DNA of 64,000 bases from Flaccisagitta enflata. Taxonomy: Eukaryota. The notes under the pieces are model-generated. The model searched no databases and had not been told where the DNA came from. It was given only the letters and a program-made list of their open reading frames with translations. The stretch covers positions 7,502,001 through 7,566,000 of the forward strand of contig OZ231126.1 in the NCBI GenBank assembly GCA_965153355.1, read 5' to 3'. This document shows positions 1 to 17,351 of this stretch, one piece after another; positions within the stretch are counted from its first letter, which is position 1, and each line of letters opens with the position of its first letter. Position numbers and translations under genes: made by a program.

Positions 1-451
1 GACGGACCGACCGACCGACACAGCAAGGTGTAGAGTCGCGTGTCCGCGAATAAAAATCGCGGATGGATGGACAGGGGCGCAAAATACCCTAAAGGTAGTT
101 GTTGACCGAGAAACGGATCAACGGACGGACCAACAGACACACCGATGGACCAAACGACTGAAGATGACGAACAATACTGGACAATCTACTGGACAATCAA
201 CTGGGCAATCATATGACTAGGTCATACTGAGACTTGACATAGTTGTGTTAATAACTGATGAGTGAGGGAAGTGAGGAAGAGGAGCAGAAAGAGAGGGCGG
301 AGTTGTTCCACTTTGAAAGACACCAAAAACAAAGAATCTATTTGTTCTTCACAGAACAATTCTCACTTAATTCAACTCACAAAGACACAAACGATTCAAA
401 ATTAAACAAAACCTATTTAAAGTGAAAAAAATTTCGGAGTTTTTCTTTTCT

Positions 452-584
452 TTTTCTTAGGTGCGACAAAGCACCTCTATAACTGGCTGTGTCCGTTGGT
501 TGGTCGGTTGGTCGGTTGGTCGGTTGGTAACGCATTCGTTCGACGATCCACACCGTCGCACCTATTGGCCTATATGGCCTTGTT
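452..584 (+). mobile_element. Short non-autonomous Helentron/DINE-1-like element
   Basis: Inverted subterminal repeat TAGGTGCGAC (458-467) / GTCGCACCTA (555-564), internal (GGTT/GGTC)n, 3' hairpin GGCCtatatGGCC, ends GGCCTTGTT. Confidence 0.6.
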
Positions 585-828
585 TCTTATCAAGTTGCAC
601 GCACGTCGCACGCGACTGGAAATTATCAAGTCCAAAATCATTTTTTCGTCAGTCCATCCATAAGTCCGTATTGCCTATGTTTTGGTTTCGTTCTACCGCA
701 CCGTCACTCTTGAGTCTTGACCATTTTAAAAAAATCAAAATTAAAGTGGGGGGGAGGGGGGGGTGGTTAATTTTTGGACCAGTGCCGGGGCTTCTCAACG
801 ATTGCTCGTTTTAAAACTAAATCGTGGT

Positions 829-1035
829 AAAACAAGGCCGGATACACGGCTACCCAATTCGCGTGTGGGTGGGTACTGGGTAGTGGCCGTATTTGAGGTC
901 ACTAAAGCATTTGGGGAGGAGAAATTAGGTCAAAGAAAAATGAGAACAAATTATGACCGACCGACCGACCAACTGACCGACCGACGGACGTACTAAAGCA
1001 GGGTTTTTAGAGTCGCGTAGCAACTGACTAAGAAT
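829..1035 (-). mobile_element. Helentron/DINE-1-like short element (relatives at 1-56, ~2490-2637, ~6700-6918, ~8424-8600)
   Basis: Shared ends AACAAGGCCGGATACACGGC and TAGAGTCGCG..GACTAA with (GACC)n core. Confidence 0.55.
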
Positions 1036-1427
1036 ACTGGTGATACCGTGTATTTGAAAATGAGGCTCACAAGAGGAAGAGTAAACATTTGGGCAATTCA
1101 TTGACGAACAATAATCCACAAGTAATCAAGTATATTTAGTGAGATTTCGATATGACTCACTTGGGATGTTTGCACACGTGAAGCATTTTGACACGTGTCA
1201 AGATCAAGGCTTCTGTCATTTTTTTGAGGGTCGATCTCAGGGGCAAGTTGATATCGATCTCAGGGGAAAGTTGATATATCAAATTTTGAATCCAACAAAT
1301 AGGATTAGAAAGAATCAAGAGATACGAGCGGATTCAGGTTTCAATACTCGTGACTTTGCCTCTACAAATTTCGAGTGTTTGATTTAACCTTCTTTTTTCC
1401 ATCTTTGTCACGTGTCTGTAACTATGG

Positions 1428-2384
1428 CAAAAAAAAAACCGAACAACTTTTGAGAGAGCAAAAAAGTATGAAGATGTTGACCGATTTGCATAAAATTTAC
1501 AGTGAATGATAACCATGATATGGACTATGTCTGGTTAAAATTTCATCAAAATCCGTTGAAAACATTAGCCGTTATCACGTTTTTACTGAAGTCACCTCTT
1601 TTTTGGACTGCCAGAGATGACGTTTGTCCTAAATCAAAATAATACCATTTTTAGTAAAATTGGCATTGTGCAAAAAGTTTTGGGAGTTTTGTCATGATTT
1701 TTGAACTGTAGTCTGATAGTAATATTTACTAATACTAGGCAAAATTCGCATCTACTCAGATAAAGTTTAGTGGGGTAGATAATGGTTGATTGTAAGCTTG
1801 CTCAGGATAAGAAATATTCTGCTACCTGTTAAAATATTTTTGCAATTTGGGGGTCTAAAAATGCTTCAATCTTCACAAAAATTTTACTGGAGATGAATCA
1901 TATATACAAAAGTTCCCAGTTAAAAAATCATGATAATTGGTAGAAAACTCTGGCCTTAGCATCGATTTATACTTCAGATTTCATCTTCATTTACTTCATT
2001 CTAAAAACCACAAAAAAAGTTTTAGAAAACATGCTGTTTCTGCTAAAATAATCGGAGTTTTGTGATGAAATTTTTATCACAGCCTGCTAACAATGTGGTC
2101 TACTTCCAGTTCAAATTTCATCGAAATCGGACTAGATTTAGTATGTTTTTTTAAGTTTGTTTATTCATTCTTAGTAAATTCTAATGTGTGCACATTGAAT
2201 TTCTGATCTTTTGACAAGCACTTTTAAAAATTCTATAATTCTCAAACTATTTAGAGCAGGTCATTGATTTTTTCAGTGATGCTTAATAATACTAAAAAGT
2301 AACTTCAGTAAAAATTTCAGCACTCTGGGTGAATTTTCAAAGGATTTATGAGCAAAAGAAGTAACTGTTCGGTTTTTTTTTGGT
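1428..2384. mobile_element. Possible MITE-like element with A-rich terminal inverted repeat and ~190-bp internal periodicity
   Basis: CAAAAAAAAAACCGAACA at the left, TGTTCGGTTTTTTTTTG at the right; recurring AAATTT..AAATTTCA motifs inside. Confidence 0.4.
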
Positions 2385-3464
2385 TATCTTCTTGCAATAT
2401 TCTCTTTTGGTCAGTGGATCCCTCACCATCGGTCTGCAGTCTCTCAGTCTAGATCATCAACTCAGTGCAGTTTTAGTCATGGACACACCAAACTCACAGC
2501 CGTGTCGGTCCGGTAGTCAGTGGTCCAGTCCGTCCGTCCGTCCGTCCGTCAAAAAATCCGTCACATTTTGAATTCCGAGCAGTTTTTAAATTGCCTGTCC
2601 ACCCATCAACTGGATTGCCGTGTATCCGGCCTTGTTTAGTTTGTGTTTCTACCAAGTGCTTACCTGGTGCACCACTATCCCTGCAATTCCGCAGAAGATG
2701 AAAATTGCCCTCTCTCCGATCTTGTAATATTTTATGTTTCCATTCAACTGAACAAGGTCATAAGACCAATGTCGCGTGCATCGGCACTTGTAGACAACAA
2801 ACTAAAATTTCTAAAATGACATGACCCATGAATTAGCTGTCTACTCTACCGAATTCCTTCTCTGAATTTCAAAATCATAAAAAAAGTTTTGTAACAGACG
2901 GAGAGACCAACGGGCCGAGGGACCAAAAAGTGACATGCGACTAGAAATATGTCTCTGTCCATTCATATTCTTTATTGGTAAGTCGGTCTAAAACTAGTAA
3001 ACGGTTCCCCCCACAAAAGAAGTGATTGGTGAGCCATATGGCAAACAAACGATAATAAATGGAAAGAATGCTCTCACATGTCACAGGAATCAAGAAGTGA
3101 GTTGTTGGCCATATGGCAAACAAACGATAATTGGGAAAAAAATCGAAAAACATTTTTTGATTTTTTGAATTCTGGGTTAGGAATCAATGTTTCCCTTTTT
3201 CGCATGAGCCTATTTGGGAAAGTTGGGTCACGACTAAGCTCGCCTGAGGCTGGGGTTGAGGTTGGTACAGGGTGAAAGAGGGCCTTTTTTTACACCTTCT
3301 GGAAAAAAGCAGGCCTCTGTCGGATCAACACATTAGGCGCTATGAATCTTTTAATCTTTTATTTTCTCACATTTGTATATATTTTCAGAATCTATATTTG
3401 CATTGATCTCAATTTTGACCTAAGTATGCTTAAAAATAGGGAGCGCGCAGGGAGAAAGTGTGCA

Positions 3465-3976
3465 GGAGAGGGAGGGAGGGCGTGGGAGGAGAGAGGGAAG
3501 GAGAGGGAGGGAGGGAAGGAGGAAGGAGGACGGAGAGGAGGAGGGAGAGGAGGGAAGGAGGAGGAGGGAGGGATAAAGGGGAGAGGAGGGATGGAGAGGA
3601 AAGAGGGAGGGAGAGAGGGAGGGAGGAGGGAGAGGGAGGAAGGAGGGAGAGGAGGGAGGGAGGGAAGAGGAGGGAGAGGGAGAGGGAGGAGGAAGAGGGA
3701 GGAAGGAAGGAAGGGAGGGAGGAAAGAGGGAGGAAGGGAGGGAGAGGGGAGAGGGGGGGAGCAGAGGGAGGGGAGGAGAGGGAGGGAGGGAGGGGGGGGG
3801 AGTGAGGAAGGGGGAGGAGGGAGGGGGGGGTAAGAATGGAAAAGAATGTGAGGAGTGAGGGAAGAAGTGAGAGGGGACAGAGAGAGGGAGAGCGATAGAG
3901 ACAGCGAAACAGACACAACACACACATGCACACACGCACATGCACACGCACACACACACGCACACACACACACACA
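3465..3976 (+). repeat. GA-rich low-complexity tract followed by (CA)n
   Basis: Pure purine GGA/GAGG tract about 3470-3830, then ACAC repeats. Confidence 0.92.
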
Positions 3977-5084
3977 CAAAACAGCCCTTACGATTTTTTT
4001 CCGGTCGGCGAGAGCCGCCTTTACTGGTAATTCTCTCACATGTCACAAAAATCTCAATTTTCTCATTGCCTCCCTTTTCAACTTGTCAAATCCAAAGAGT
4101 TTTGTCTCCTTGATTTTTTAAGTGGTTGATAAATTCTCTTTATGAGAGTTGATATAAAGTAATGTGTAAAGGTTAAGGCGGCAATTTGAAACGGAAACCC
4201 AAAGTTCACATGACTTTTACGTTTAGTGAATGTGGGTCAGTCATTTGACGAACAAATTCCGGCGAATGGGGCTAAACGCATGTCGAGTGCGTCAGGACAA
4301 AGCGAACCAACCAACCGACCAACCGTCCAACCGACCAACCAATCGACCGACCGACGAAGCACCTGACAGACAGTAAAGCGACTGTCACTTACTGAGGAAT
4401 TGCATCAGTTGGTCGATCAGTAAACATGATTTCTAAATGCAGTAGTCGCTGCTTTTGTGTAACGTGCATTTCGGTTGTGCATCGCATTGTCGTGCTCTCC
4501 ATGCCATCTTGCGCCCCCTACTTCGCAGCCACAGCCACAGCCCCTGCCACAGCCCCTGCCCCATCTCTTAAGGAGGCTTCTATGTATCCGGACTTGTTCT
4601 GCTTAGAGCCTCTCAAGATAAAATGAATATATCATCGCGAGATAATCATCTTAACTCTTAAGGAAAAAACGATAAAAACATTATAGGGAAGATATGATAA
4701 AAACAAAATTGTTACTGAGGAATGAAAAACTTCTGTCCCCTAGTCAATGCATTTATATGAACTGAAATGTCAAAAGGCTCAAACTCTAATTTGAATGTGC
4801 CAGCAAGGAAAAAACTCAACCGGAAAAAAAGTTTTGATGCCGACAAAAAAACGAAGGCATCCGGTGTTTTTTTTTCCTTTTTCAATTCCTTAATCAAACT
4901 TAACAATCAATTTTTAGCATTTTCATTTTTTTTTATTTCAATTATTTTCTTTCCTTTTTCTTTTTTTTTTTTGCGCCATTTTTTCCACCCAGTATTTTTT
5001 CTCCTTCGTTATTCCCTTTAATAAAGGCTTTATTAGATCCTTATTGAAACTCTATACTTTTCACCCTCCTATACTAATGCACAT

Positions 5085-5178
5085 CAGTTATGCTTTACCT
5101 TAAGCAGTTATGCTTTACCTTATGCAGTTATGCTTTACCTTAAGCAGTTATGCTTTACCTTAAGCTTTACCTTAAGCA
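5085..5178 (+). repeat. 20-bp minisatellite GCAGTTATGCTTTACCTTAA x4+
   Basis: Direct reading. Confidence 0.9.
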
Positions 5179-5355
5179 ATTCATAACAACCTTTTTGTTT
5201 CATTTTGGGCCACCTACGATTCATTGGCAAAAGCATTTAGTTCATAAAGAATTGGAAAAGGGACTCATAAGCCATAGATAATGATAAGTTCTTTTCATTC
5301 TGTCTTTAGGAGAAGGCGTGAATATCAAACATTCCCATTAACAAACCGACTAAAG

Positions 5356-6537
<1,182 letters not shown>

Positions 6538-8005
6538 ATGAGAAGTGAGTTGGCTTCAATTTCCCAGGAACTGGGTAAAAAGAAGTTTTTCTAAGGTCTC
6601 TTGTACTCGTGACCTGGACAGAATAGGCAAAAGCTGCTGTCTTTTGGGAATGCAGTAGGCGGACGGATGACGGACGGGGCAGAGAGGAACGGGAGACCAC
6701 TAAATAAAGTCACGGGTTTCGACTATACTCTGGTCTCGTGCAGGTGGGCAGCAACGGTGCTGGAAGAAGTCATAGGCGTCTGGGCAGAGCAGTATTATCA
6801 AAATCTAAAACATACAATTAAAAAGGGGACCGACCAGCCGACCAATGGTGAAACTGACCGACGTGACCGACGGACCAACATAGCGGGGTGTAGAGTCGCG
6901 TAGCACGCGACTCAAAATGGCGGGATGAAGGAAGGATAGTATTGTTTTGCCAAGCTCTGCTTAACTGCTTCTCTTGAGCTGCTTCATCGATATCAAGGGG
7001 CTAATGAAGAAAAAAAATTGCAATTAGGAAAACAATGAAGTGTAGAAACTTTGACTGATTTAAAGGGGTGTGTTAGGGTGTGTTAGAACGGTTTGGGGGA
7101 CGAAGGATCAGCTAAAACAGAAAGCAGACGTTACTAACGAGTAACAAAGCTTGAACAGCGAAATCTTGCTGGACCCGTGCGCGTAACGGAGAACCGGCTA
7201 TAACGATAATTACTCTTCGTTACTACAGAATGCTCTTCACTTTTTCCATGACAGCAATAAAAATCTGCGACATTCCAAACCGCGACGATGTCAATGTCCA
7301 TCTGTCCATCGGTCCGTTGGCCCATTCGGTTTGCCATTTCGTCCCACGAATTTCCAATTCCACATCAGTTTTGCGGTATGATTGTTTCTACCCACACTCC
7401 ACCGGATACTGACACCAAAACAAGATTAGTGCTTATCATCCCAAAATCAACACCTCGTTACCATTGACTCACCTACACAGAGCATCAGAAGAAAAAAGAA
7501 TATACATGTATGTACATCAATGCCAAATCGACTCATCATCAACACCGGTTCACCTAAACTCATCTACCAGAGGAAAAGTGCCTTTAGAAATTCATGAATC
7601 GATCAATGGGCCAAAAAAAAAAAAAATGAATTCGAAAATCACATGAATTGACCAACATTCATGTATGCTTCCTACATTAACGAGTCCATTGTGGTGGGTT
7701 TTACGCGGAATTTTTTATTCTTGCGCCATGGCTCATTGGATCTCACGAGGCTCGCGTTTGCGAGCCATTCAAAAAGTTAACAGTTTGAGCCTAACGATTA
7801 GGAACTTATCACTTATCACCAAACGTATGATACCGTTTTGATTTCCTATACAATGAAAAGAAAGTTACACCAGGCATAAATAATTTTCGTAAAAGATGAA
7901 TTGCAGTTGATTATATCGACTAAAGCCCTCTTAATTTGCTGTACAACAACTATATGCTATCATTTGAAACAAATGTGACAAGATTTCCAGTCGTCTTAAA
8001 AAGAA

Positions 8006-8421
<416 letters not shown>

Positions 8422-9344
8422 TTCGTTTTTGTCGCCGTCACGTAACTCTACACCTTGCCTTGTTGGTCGGTCAGTTGGTCGGTCGCTCTGTCTGTCGGTT
8501 CGTCGGTCGGTACCAAATATTCTTAAATTGAAAGCAATTTTTGCATTACGGCCGCTGCCCAACCGTCCGCGACTGTCTTGCCGTGTATCCGGCCGTATTT
8601 CCGTTATCTTTATCTGGAGACGAGAAAGAGCGCTGCAATGAGGTCACGACTGGACAACTTGGACATTAGCTTGTACCTAAATGACTAAAAGCAATAAAAT
8701 CAGAATTCTACAAGTAGTTCTTGTGGGGGCTGTCTTGAGTCAATTTGTGGTCTATGGTGCATCTTAATCATCCTTGCGGGTACTATTCTATTATGGGAAA
8801 CCAAAAATTTGAAAGATGTTAAATCTATGTTTTAATTGCTGGTTGAAATCTACTTGAAAAAACTGAATACGTTAAAAGTCTTTCCTTTTTTCAATATTCC
8901 TTCAGGATCATAGTCAAATTCATCTTAGATATCAAAAAAGGTAAGTTGACAATTTTCTGATATAAATAAAAGAAGAAGGGTAAGTTTATAAGAAGCTTTT
9001 GACACTTATTTTTGAGCATCTAGATTCAAATATTGAAAAAGGTCTTTCAGTGCAGTTTTCTGCAGATTTCAAATCTGCAGTCAAAAGAGAGACTTAAGCA
9101 CTGAGAAATTTGCGGTTTCCTGTCGGCTGAAGGAAAATTCAAGGTGAGGCATGGACAGCAAGATGCAATTCTTTCAGATCAAATGTGGTGTCATTGGAAG
9201 CCCAAGACAGCCCCACAATGATAACTACTTGTGGAGTTCTGGTTGTGTTGTGTCATTTGGTCCCAAGCTATTGGACATTGGACAATAAGATGCACCAGTT
9301 CATATTTCCATTACCCATTTTCAGTTCCTAGTTCTTGTAGTCAT

Positions 9345-10625
<1,281 letters not shown>

Positions 10626-13600
10626 CTCCGTCATACTTAAACAAACAGAAAAGTGTGATGACGTGTGAGTATCATCAATTTTCAAGCACGTTTAGTTGTT
10701 TACTGAAATCATTTATATTCGAGATTTTGGCAACGACTGGATGTACTTTCTCTGCGCCAGAGTCCCGGTTGACTCAGGTTTTTAGTTGAGTGATACAAGA
10801 CTCTTTGAGCCTTTTTTGGTCTGTTGGCTGGTCGGATGGCCCGTTGGTCAATTGGGACGCTGTCAATTGCATTTTTTGTTTCGAGGCTCCATTGCGGTTT
10901 TTTTTTTTCAACGGAAAAGGTATTCTGATTGATCCACAGCTCCTGCCCACTTGTACTTCTGCCTCTGCTGCACGCGACCCTGGCCTTGGATCTTCCGACT
11001 TTAACCCCAGGATTCAGAATTTCAGATTCATTTCTTTTTAAATACGTGCGTTTGTCTCCGACAGTTAATCCCCCAACTTCCCTCAACTTCCCCCCACTTC
11101 CCCCAACTTCCCCCAACTTCCCCCAACTTCCCCCATCTTACCCCCTTTCTTCCTTTTTAAAGCGAAAAAAACGTGATAGTTTTATCCTAAGAGAGATGAC
11201 AAAACGAGAGAGAGAGAGAGAGAGAGAAAGGCAAACAAATCACGTATCCTTTAATATTTTGCTTATAACATACAATACATAAAGCATGCAGGCAGCCAGA
11301 CACACGCGTAAACGCACGCATACAAGAATAAAACACGCATGCGAATCTGGGATGGAGATTACTGTCATTGCCGTTTTATGGTAAAGGGTTCATTATTTCA
11401 CCAATCATCATAAATATCGGTGATTCCTCGCTCTGATGAGAAGCGCGTTTCTAGTAGTGACAATAATTCCCCTGGGATCATTTCCGTGTATCGCGTTCAT
11501 AATGTGTGAACAAATGCTGGTAATTCCGAAATATCACCGACGAAGCGCGTGACGAGCCGAAGAGTGGAGTGCAAGCTTTGAAGCGAAAGTGGTAGCCAGT
11601 AAAGCAAGTGGTAGTGTTAGTAATGGTAACACAGCGAATGGAGTGAGTTTGGCCGGGGTGTGTGAAAGCTCAAACCGAGAGCAACAGCCTGTATCCCGCT
11701 TTGTCGGCACAGTTAAAAAGGGGGTTACAATACATCGTCGCGGATGAATGAGCAGGTCCCGTTCCACATCCCCCTTACACGCACACAAACACGTAAAACA
11801 CTTACATTTCCTCGCGGAGGAACAGACAAAGCCTCTGATAGAGTCGCGCTTCCGTGACTAGAAAAAGAAACAAAACAAAGAATAGTTTGGAAAAACAAAG
11901 GCAAGAATAACAAAAGACTGAAAAGAGTTTGATTTATTATTAGATATTTTTCAGGTCAGACAGAGAATGATCAACTTAGGCGTGGAACCTCTTAATTAAT
12001 GAATAGACAGGAGAGAAATAAAGATTTCGCTAGCAACTGCGCAAAAACGAACGAGTCCAAACAATTCAATTTATAACCTTTTCATTTTCCTTTCATGTTA
12101 TCATCTAAAGCGTACATGCATTGACAAACGGACGGAGAAAGCCGAAATTACAAATTTTGGCTTAAAAGCTAAACATTTTTATCGACAAAAAAAATCAAAG
12201 TTATAACATAGGCACAGGAAGTGACATAAACACATAAATGGCTATGACTATGGCTATGGCTATGGCTGTGGCTATGGCTGTGGCTATGGCTTGAATCACC
12301 ATTGAAAGAAATGCCATTTTATATAGAGAGTTCCAATGGGGCAATATCACCCAAATGACCAACATGAAAGCAGCCAGGTTCTATCCGAATTGGAATACCA
12401 GTAATAGCGGCTGTCGCTTTGAGGAAAAAAGTCGTAATCATTGTTCACTTTTCACCAAACTTTTGTCTTTAGTCACTGCAATTCTTTTCATTTGTTAGAT
12501 CAAATTAAGAGCAATTGTATGTATTGGTTGTTCTGAAAATCAGAGAAAATAAGGACTGAGCCAAATGAGCTAACTGAGCAAAAATATTCAAAATCACTCA
12601 ACCAGACAACCAGCCATGCATACTGACATGCTTTCTTGTATTTGCATGCCTAAATCAAAACATTTATTCATTTATCTGTTATTAAATTAAAAAAAAAAGA
12701 GCAAGTTTAATGAGCTAAATGAGCTAGAATACTTTAAAAACAGCCTCACAGATGAGCAGCTCTGCTCACTGACATGCTTTCTTGTATTTGCTTGCTTGCA
12801 GGTGTTCGAAAAAAAATTGACTCTGTAACCAGAGCAGCTAGAAATGTGCAATTTTTTTAGATGTCTAGATCTTTGTTCCCAGAGTATGATTTTAAAAGAT
12901 TTTTGCATTAGCTGGTGTCTAGGTGGTCCTTTTTAAAGCTTAAAGAGGAAAATTCAAAAGGGAAACAGCTCTTTTTGCCTGGTTTTTGCTGAAAGTTTGA
13001 TTTGGCGGAGTTTTTTACCTTGATTAACTTGGAAATCTTTAATGAAAAAACAAAAAATCATATACCAAAATGTAAAACAAATTGATCTCTATCAAATGGT
13101 ATATTGTTTGCGTCTCTATGTGCACTGTAGTGGCTGTATTCAAAGGGACACCTCTACAATTTTTTTTCAAACACCCGATATATTAGTTCATTTATTGCAT
13201 TTTTTATAAGATAAAAAGACTGAGCAAAGCGAGCTAAATGAGCTAAAATGCTCAAAATCACCCTCACAGATGAGCAGCTGTGCTCATAAGCATGTTTTCT
13301 TGTATTTGCATGCTCAAATAAAAACATAGACACTTCTTTATTTATCTTACACAAAATCATAAAAAATAAAAAAAAATTCAATTTGAATTTTTATTAATTT
13401 AATCTTTAAAAGATCATAGCGCAAAAATATTTGTCGTAGAGTATTCTACTTGGTGCCAAATGAAAGAAAATTATCAAATTCACTTACTCTATTAATTTCA
13501 TTGGAGGCCCCAATTGGTAGGTGGAGATCCCTAACTTCCTAATGAGAAAATGAAAACCCTGTTTCTCTCGAATATGTCAAAAAGTTGAAGACTGACTTCG

Positions 13601-13767
13601 ACTTTTTTCCCGATAAATGTTTTTTTACTGGTGCGCAAAATTATCTCCCCCACCGGCCGTGTCTGTTCATTAGGTGGGTAGGCCAGTTTCTTCATCCGTC
13701 TCGAAGACGATTGATATCCCACCGAGCGCACCTACTGGACCTTGATTTTTTTTGTTTATTCCTCTTT

Positions 13768-14215
13768 GGGCAGCGGCCCCGAAGGGGTCAATGACCTATG
13801 TTTTCACACATATGAGGAATTTTCTCCCCCCCCACCTCCAGGCCCGCATCTCAGCTTCAAGGCCCATATCCCAGCCTCGAGGCCCAAATCCCAAACTTGA
13901 AGCCCAAATCCCAACCTCAGGGCCACAATCCCAACCCAAGGCCCAGATTCCAGCCCCAAGGGATTTGGACTTCAATACCGGGATTTGGGCTGAGGCTGGG
14001 ATATGGGCCTCGAGGCTCAGAGATATGGGCCTGAGGTTGGGGGAGGGGGGTGTGGAGGAGGAGAAGAGGGAGGAGGAAAACATTCCCCAAATGTGTGAAA
14101 GCGTAGGTCATCAACCCCTTTGGGCCGCTGCCCTGCTCCCTCCCTCAACTAGTGTCATGACCTACTTAAGCAGGGCACGGGTTCCGTCGCACTGACCATC
14201 TAACGCTTTTGCGAC
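13768..14215. mobile_element. Non-autonomous element with inverted subterminal repeat and ~21-bp internal repeats
   Basis: GGGCAGCGGCCC / GGGCCGCTGCCC inverted pair; GGCCCAAATCCCAGCCTCGAG-like units in both orientations. Confidence 0.55.
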
Positions 14216-14483
14216 TATCCCTTCTTGGCGGAAGGGGGGGGGGGGTGGGTTGTTTAGTCTCTGCTTTGCTTCAGTCTCGGCGAATGATGTTGGATTGGGT
14301 TGAGGAGTGGTAACGACTGAGGACTGACTGAGGATACCGGATATCAGATTTAACTCAATCCAGTCTAATTAATTCAATTTGTATTCTGTCGGGTTGGGTT
14401 TTTTTCGCTTTCTAGTCGCTTGCTTAGCGACTTTTCATGAAGGTGTGTCTTGGAAGAAATTTCGAAGACGCTACTGATCTTTT

Positions 14484-14867
14484 GTGTTTAGATGCGTCCT
14501 CGCATCTCTATAAGAGGGTCTGTCCCTTGGTAGGAATGTCTGTCTGTCTGTCTGTCTGGAACGCGAAAATTCTAAAACACGATTTTTAAGGTTTTCTGTT
14601 CATTTCTCTTCATGTCTCTTCATGTCTCTTATATTTCTTATGTCTCTTGGGGAGGGTGGGGAGGCGTGGGGGGAGGGGTGTTGAGGTGATGGGGGAGGGG
14701 TGGAGAGGTGTGGGGGGAGAGAGGAATCAGTTAATATGTTTCATTTTATCTCTGAATCTTTATATTTTCATATTTTTATATCTTTATATCTTTATATCTT
14801 AATAATTTGTATGATAATATCTTACATCTAAAGAGGACGCATCTATTGGACATCTCTTGGCCTTGTT
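14484..14867 (+). mobile_element. Helentron/DINE-1-like short element
   Basis: 13-bp inverted repeat TAGATGCGTCCTC (14489-14501) / GAGGACGCATCTA (14833-14845), (GTCT)n core, ends GGCCTTGTT. Confidence 0.65.
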
Positions 14868-14939
14868 ACCGGGTTTTCCCGTTTGGGCGAAGCTTTAATT
14901 CGAGCAGATTCGGGTTGTGATGTATAAAACCCAGCTCTC

Positions 14940-15037
14940 ACCTAGCCCTAACGCTATCCCTGACCCTAACCCTAAACTTAAAACCACCCCCAACCCCAAC
15001 CTCATCCCTAACCCTAGTAACCCTACCCCTAACCCTT
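14940..15037 (+). repeat. Degenerate CCCTAA-like tract, opposite orientation to the array spacers
   Basis: CCCTAACCCTAA units mixed with CCCCAA, CCCTAG and CCCTGA. Confidence 0.6.
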
Positions 15038-15792
15038 AATAAATACCCGCTTAGAAAGTCAGTAAAACAAAAGACATCAGCGAGTTCGAAAACAGTACCG
15101 TGTGTCTGTGCGTCCCTTGGAGGGAGGGTCAGTCTGAAAGAGAATTTTTGAGAGATGCCAAACTGAAAGAAACTGCACTTGTGAGCATGAATGCACCCGC
15201 ACAACCACATTATAGCCCCCGCCCATCCATCCGCATTACCGTCTCTGCCCACTCGGAACGCACTGGTGCTGTATCCCGCTTTGTCGGAGGTTATGTCACT
15301 CATGTGTGACGGTGGGGGTAGTGGGGTGGGGGATGTGAGTCATAAAGTGCGAGAATGAGCGTTTTGGAGGGTTTTAAATGTATATGTGGGGTCATAGGGT
15401 GTGGATAGGGGTTGGATACCCCGACTCGATCGTCCGCAACGATAATTTGACCCCGCGTCAATTGTTGCTGCTTTTCGTAAATCCAGACGTCATTATCGTT
15501 CTAGTTGTTGCTGTTGTTGTTTCTATATCAATATTGCCGTCTTGATAATCGCAAATCGAAGAACCGAAGCGGAAATATGAATCGTGCCTCTCAGATCAAG
15601 GAGGGAAAATCGAGCAAGTTATGGAACATGGTCTCATCCGTTATCATCCAAATTACAGGCTTCAAAAAATTTTATCGTTTAAAATGATTTCGTAACCCTT
15701 GTGTTTTCGTAACCCTAATGATTTCGTAACCCTAATGATTTTGTAACTCTTAAAATGATCTACGGTCCAGGATATGAAGCAGTGGGGAGTCT

Positions 15793-15798
<6 letters not shown>

Positions 15799-15886
<88 letters not shown>
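15799..15886 (+). repeat. (CT)n microsatellite
   Basis: Direct reading. Confidence 0.95.
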
Positions 15887-15890
<4 letters not shown>

Positions 15891-17137
15891 GTCGATGTAT
15901 TTGTCATGATTAATAGGATTTAAATAATTCATCTCATTAATTGAATCTCAGCTTTAAGATCATCTCATAAATTGAATCCTTGTTACAGTTTTTTTTTTTT
16001 TTTTTTTTTTTTTTTGTTGATAGAATCTGGAGTTCAGTTGAGGTCGTCAATCGCGAGTCTTAGGTGCAAATTCATTCGGCGTGTAGCCTGCCATGCTCTC
16101 TGTCGGTTTGTCATTCATGCCGTCTGTCATCATGACATTCGTACTGTCTGGAAGATATGCAGTCATGCTACCTGTCGTTGTTCCGTACTGTCGTGCTCTC
16201 AAGTGCAGGCCTGATTTTTATGCGAGCCCGCGAGCCCGATGCTCTCTATTTTGCTGTTGGGCTTTCATTTTTTGCTAGATGTGAGTCCGGGAGGCTCTTT
16301 CAAATCATGCTGCATATCATGCTCACAAGTCGCATATATTCTGAATCTCCATTGGACCTATTGATGATACTTTAACCTTTAAAATATGAAAATTTTCACG
16401 TCCTGAATCATTTGATCAATCAATATACTTAACAGAAAATGTGTGAACAGATAACGGTGCCAAGTTAGTGAACAAGTTTGGAAAAAATGCATAGTCGCGG
16501 ACCGGCTATCCTGTATGAGGAACTGTACATTCTATTGCGTAGCAGTTTGTGACGACCCGATCCTTTGGTCGTTTCAAAATTAGAAGAAATATCGCACTTA
16601 CATAATATCGCACTTACATAAGATACACTACAAAAGTGGATTTCTTTATATAATGCTCCTCCAACATAAAATCCATTAGGACCAGTCTGATGAGAGACAG
16701 TTTGTTGCGGTAAAAGTTGAAAATTGACGAAAGTACTTAGTTTAATCCACCAAAAAGATTTTGATGATGACAGAGTAGTCGCACTGAGTAATCAATAGGA
16801 AAAGTTTTTGTTTTTCGCTTAAACAAAATCTTTTCCCTCGTAACTTCAATATGCAAATTAGGGTTTTATGAAGTCTTTTATCGGGCTCGTTGTTTTACGG
16901 TCGGGCTCAATCAAACTGTGAGAAGCGAGCCCAAAATGCTCATTCATCCAAAGAAATAATGTGCAACTAGCCCACATGTTTCAGCAGGCATTTCTTGTCG
17001 TCGCTACCCTTCTTCTGATAATTATTGATCTCTTCATAACTATTCATCCCACTAGGTATTTTTAATGCTTAGTTAGCCTTTAGTAAAAGTTTTATCCACT
17101 TCATTTTTCAGACTATCTTCTTATTTTGTTTTTCTTA

Positions 17138-17351
17138 CTTCATTCATTTATCTTATTCATCTATCTATTCATTCATTCATTCATTTATTCATTCATTCAT
17201 TCATTCATTCATTTATTCATTCATTCATTCATTCATTCATTCATTCACTCTTTTATTCATTTATTCACTTATGTATTTATTCATTCATCAATTCATTCAT
17301 TTCTAATTCATTCATTCATTCATTCATTCATTCATTCATTCATTCATTCAT
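17138..17351 (+). repeat. (CATT)n microsatellite abutting truncated element A
   Basis: Direct reading; last units overlap the ATT CAT codons of integrase. Confidence 0.95.

Noticed and set aside
8640-9340. Possible host exons in the non-repetitive stretches of the left 17 kb
   Set aside because: The frames I translated contain stops and no recognisable motif; small exons cannot be excluded without RNA data.
14940-15037. Inverted telomere or fusion site
   Set aside because: Short, very degenerate, embedded among dispersed repeats and about 5.6 kb from the first true tract.
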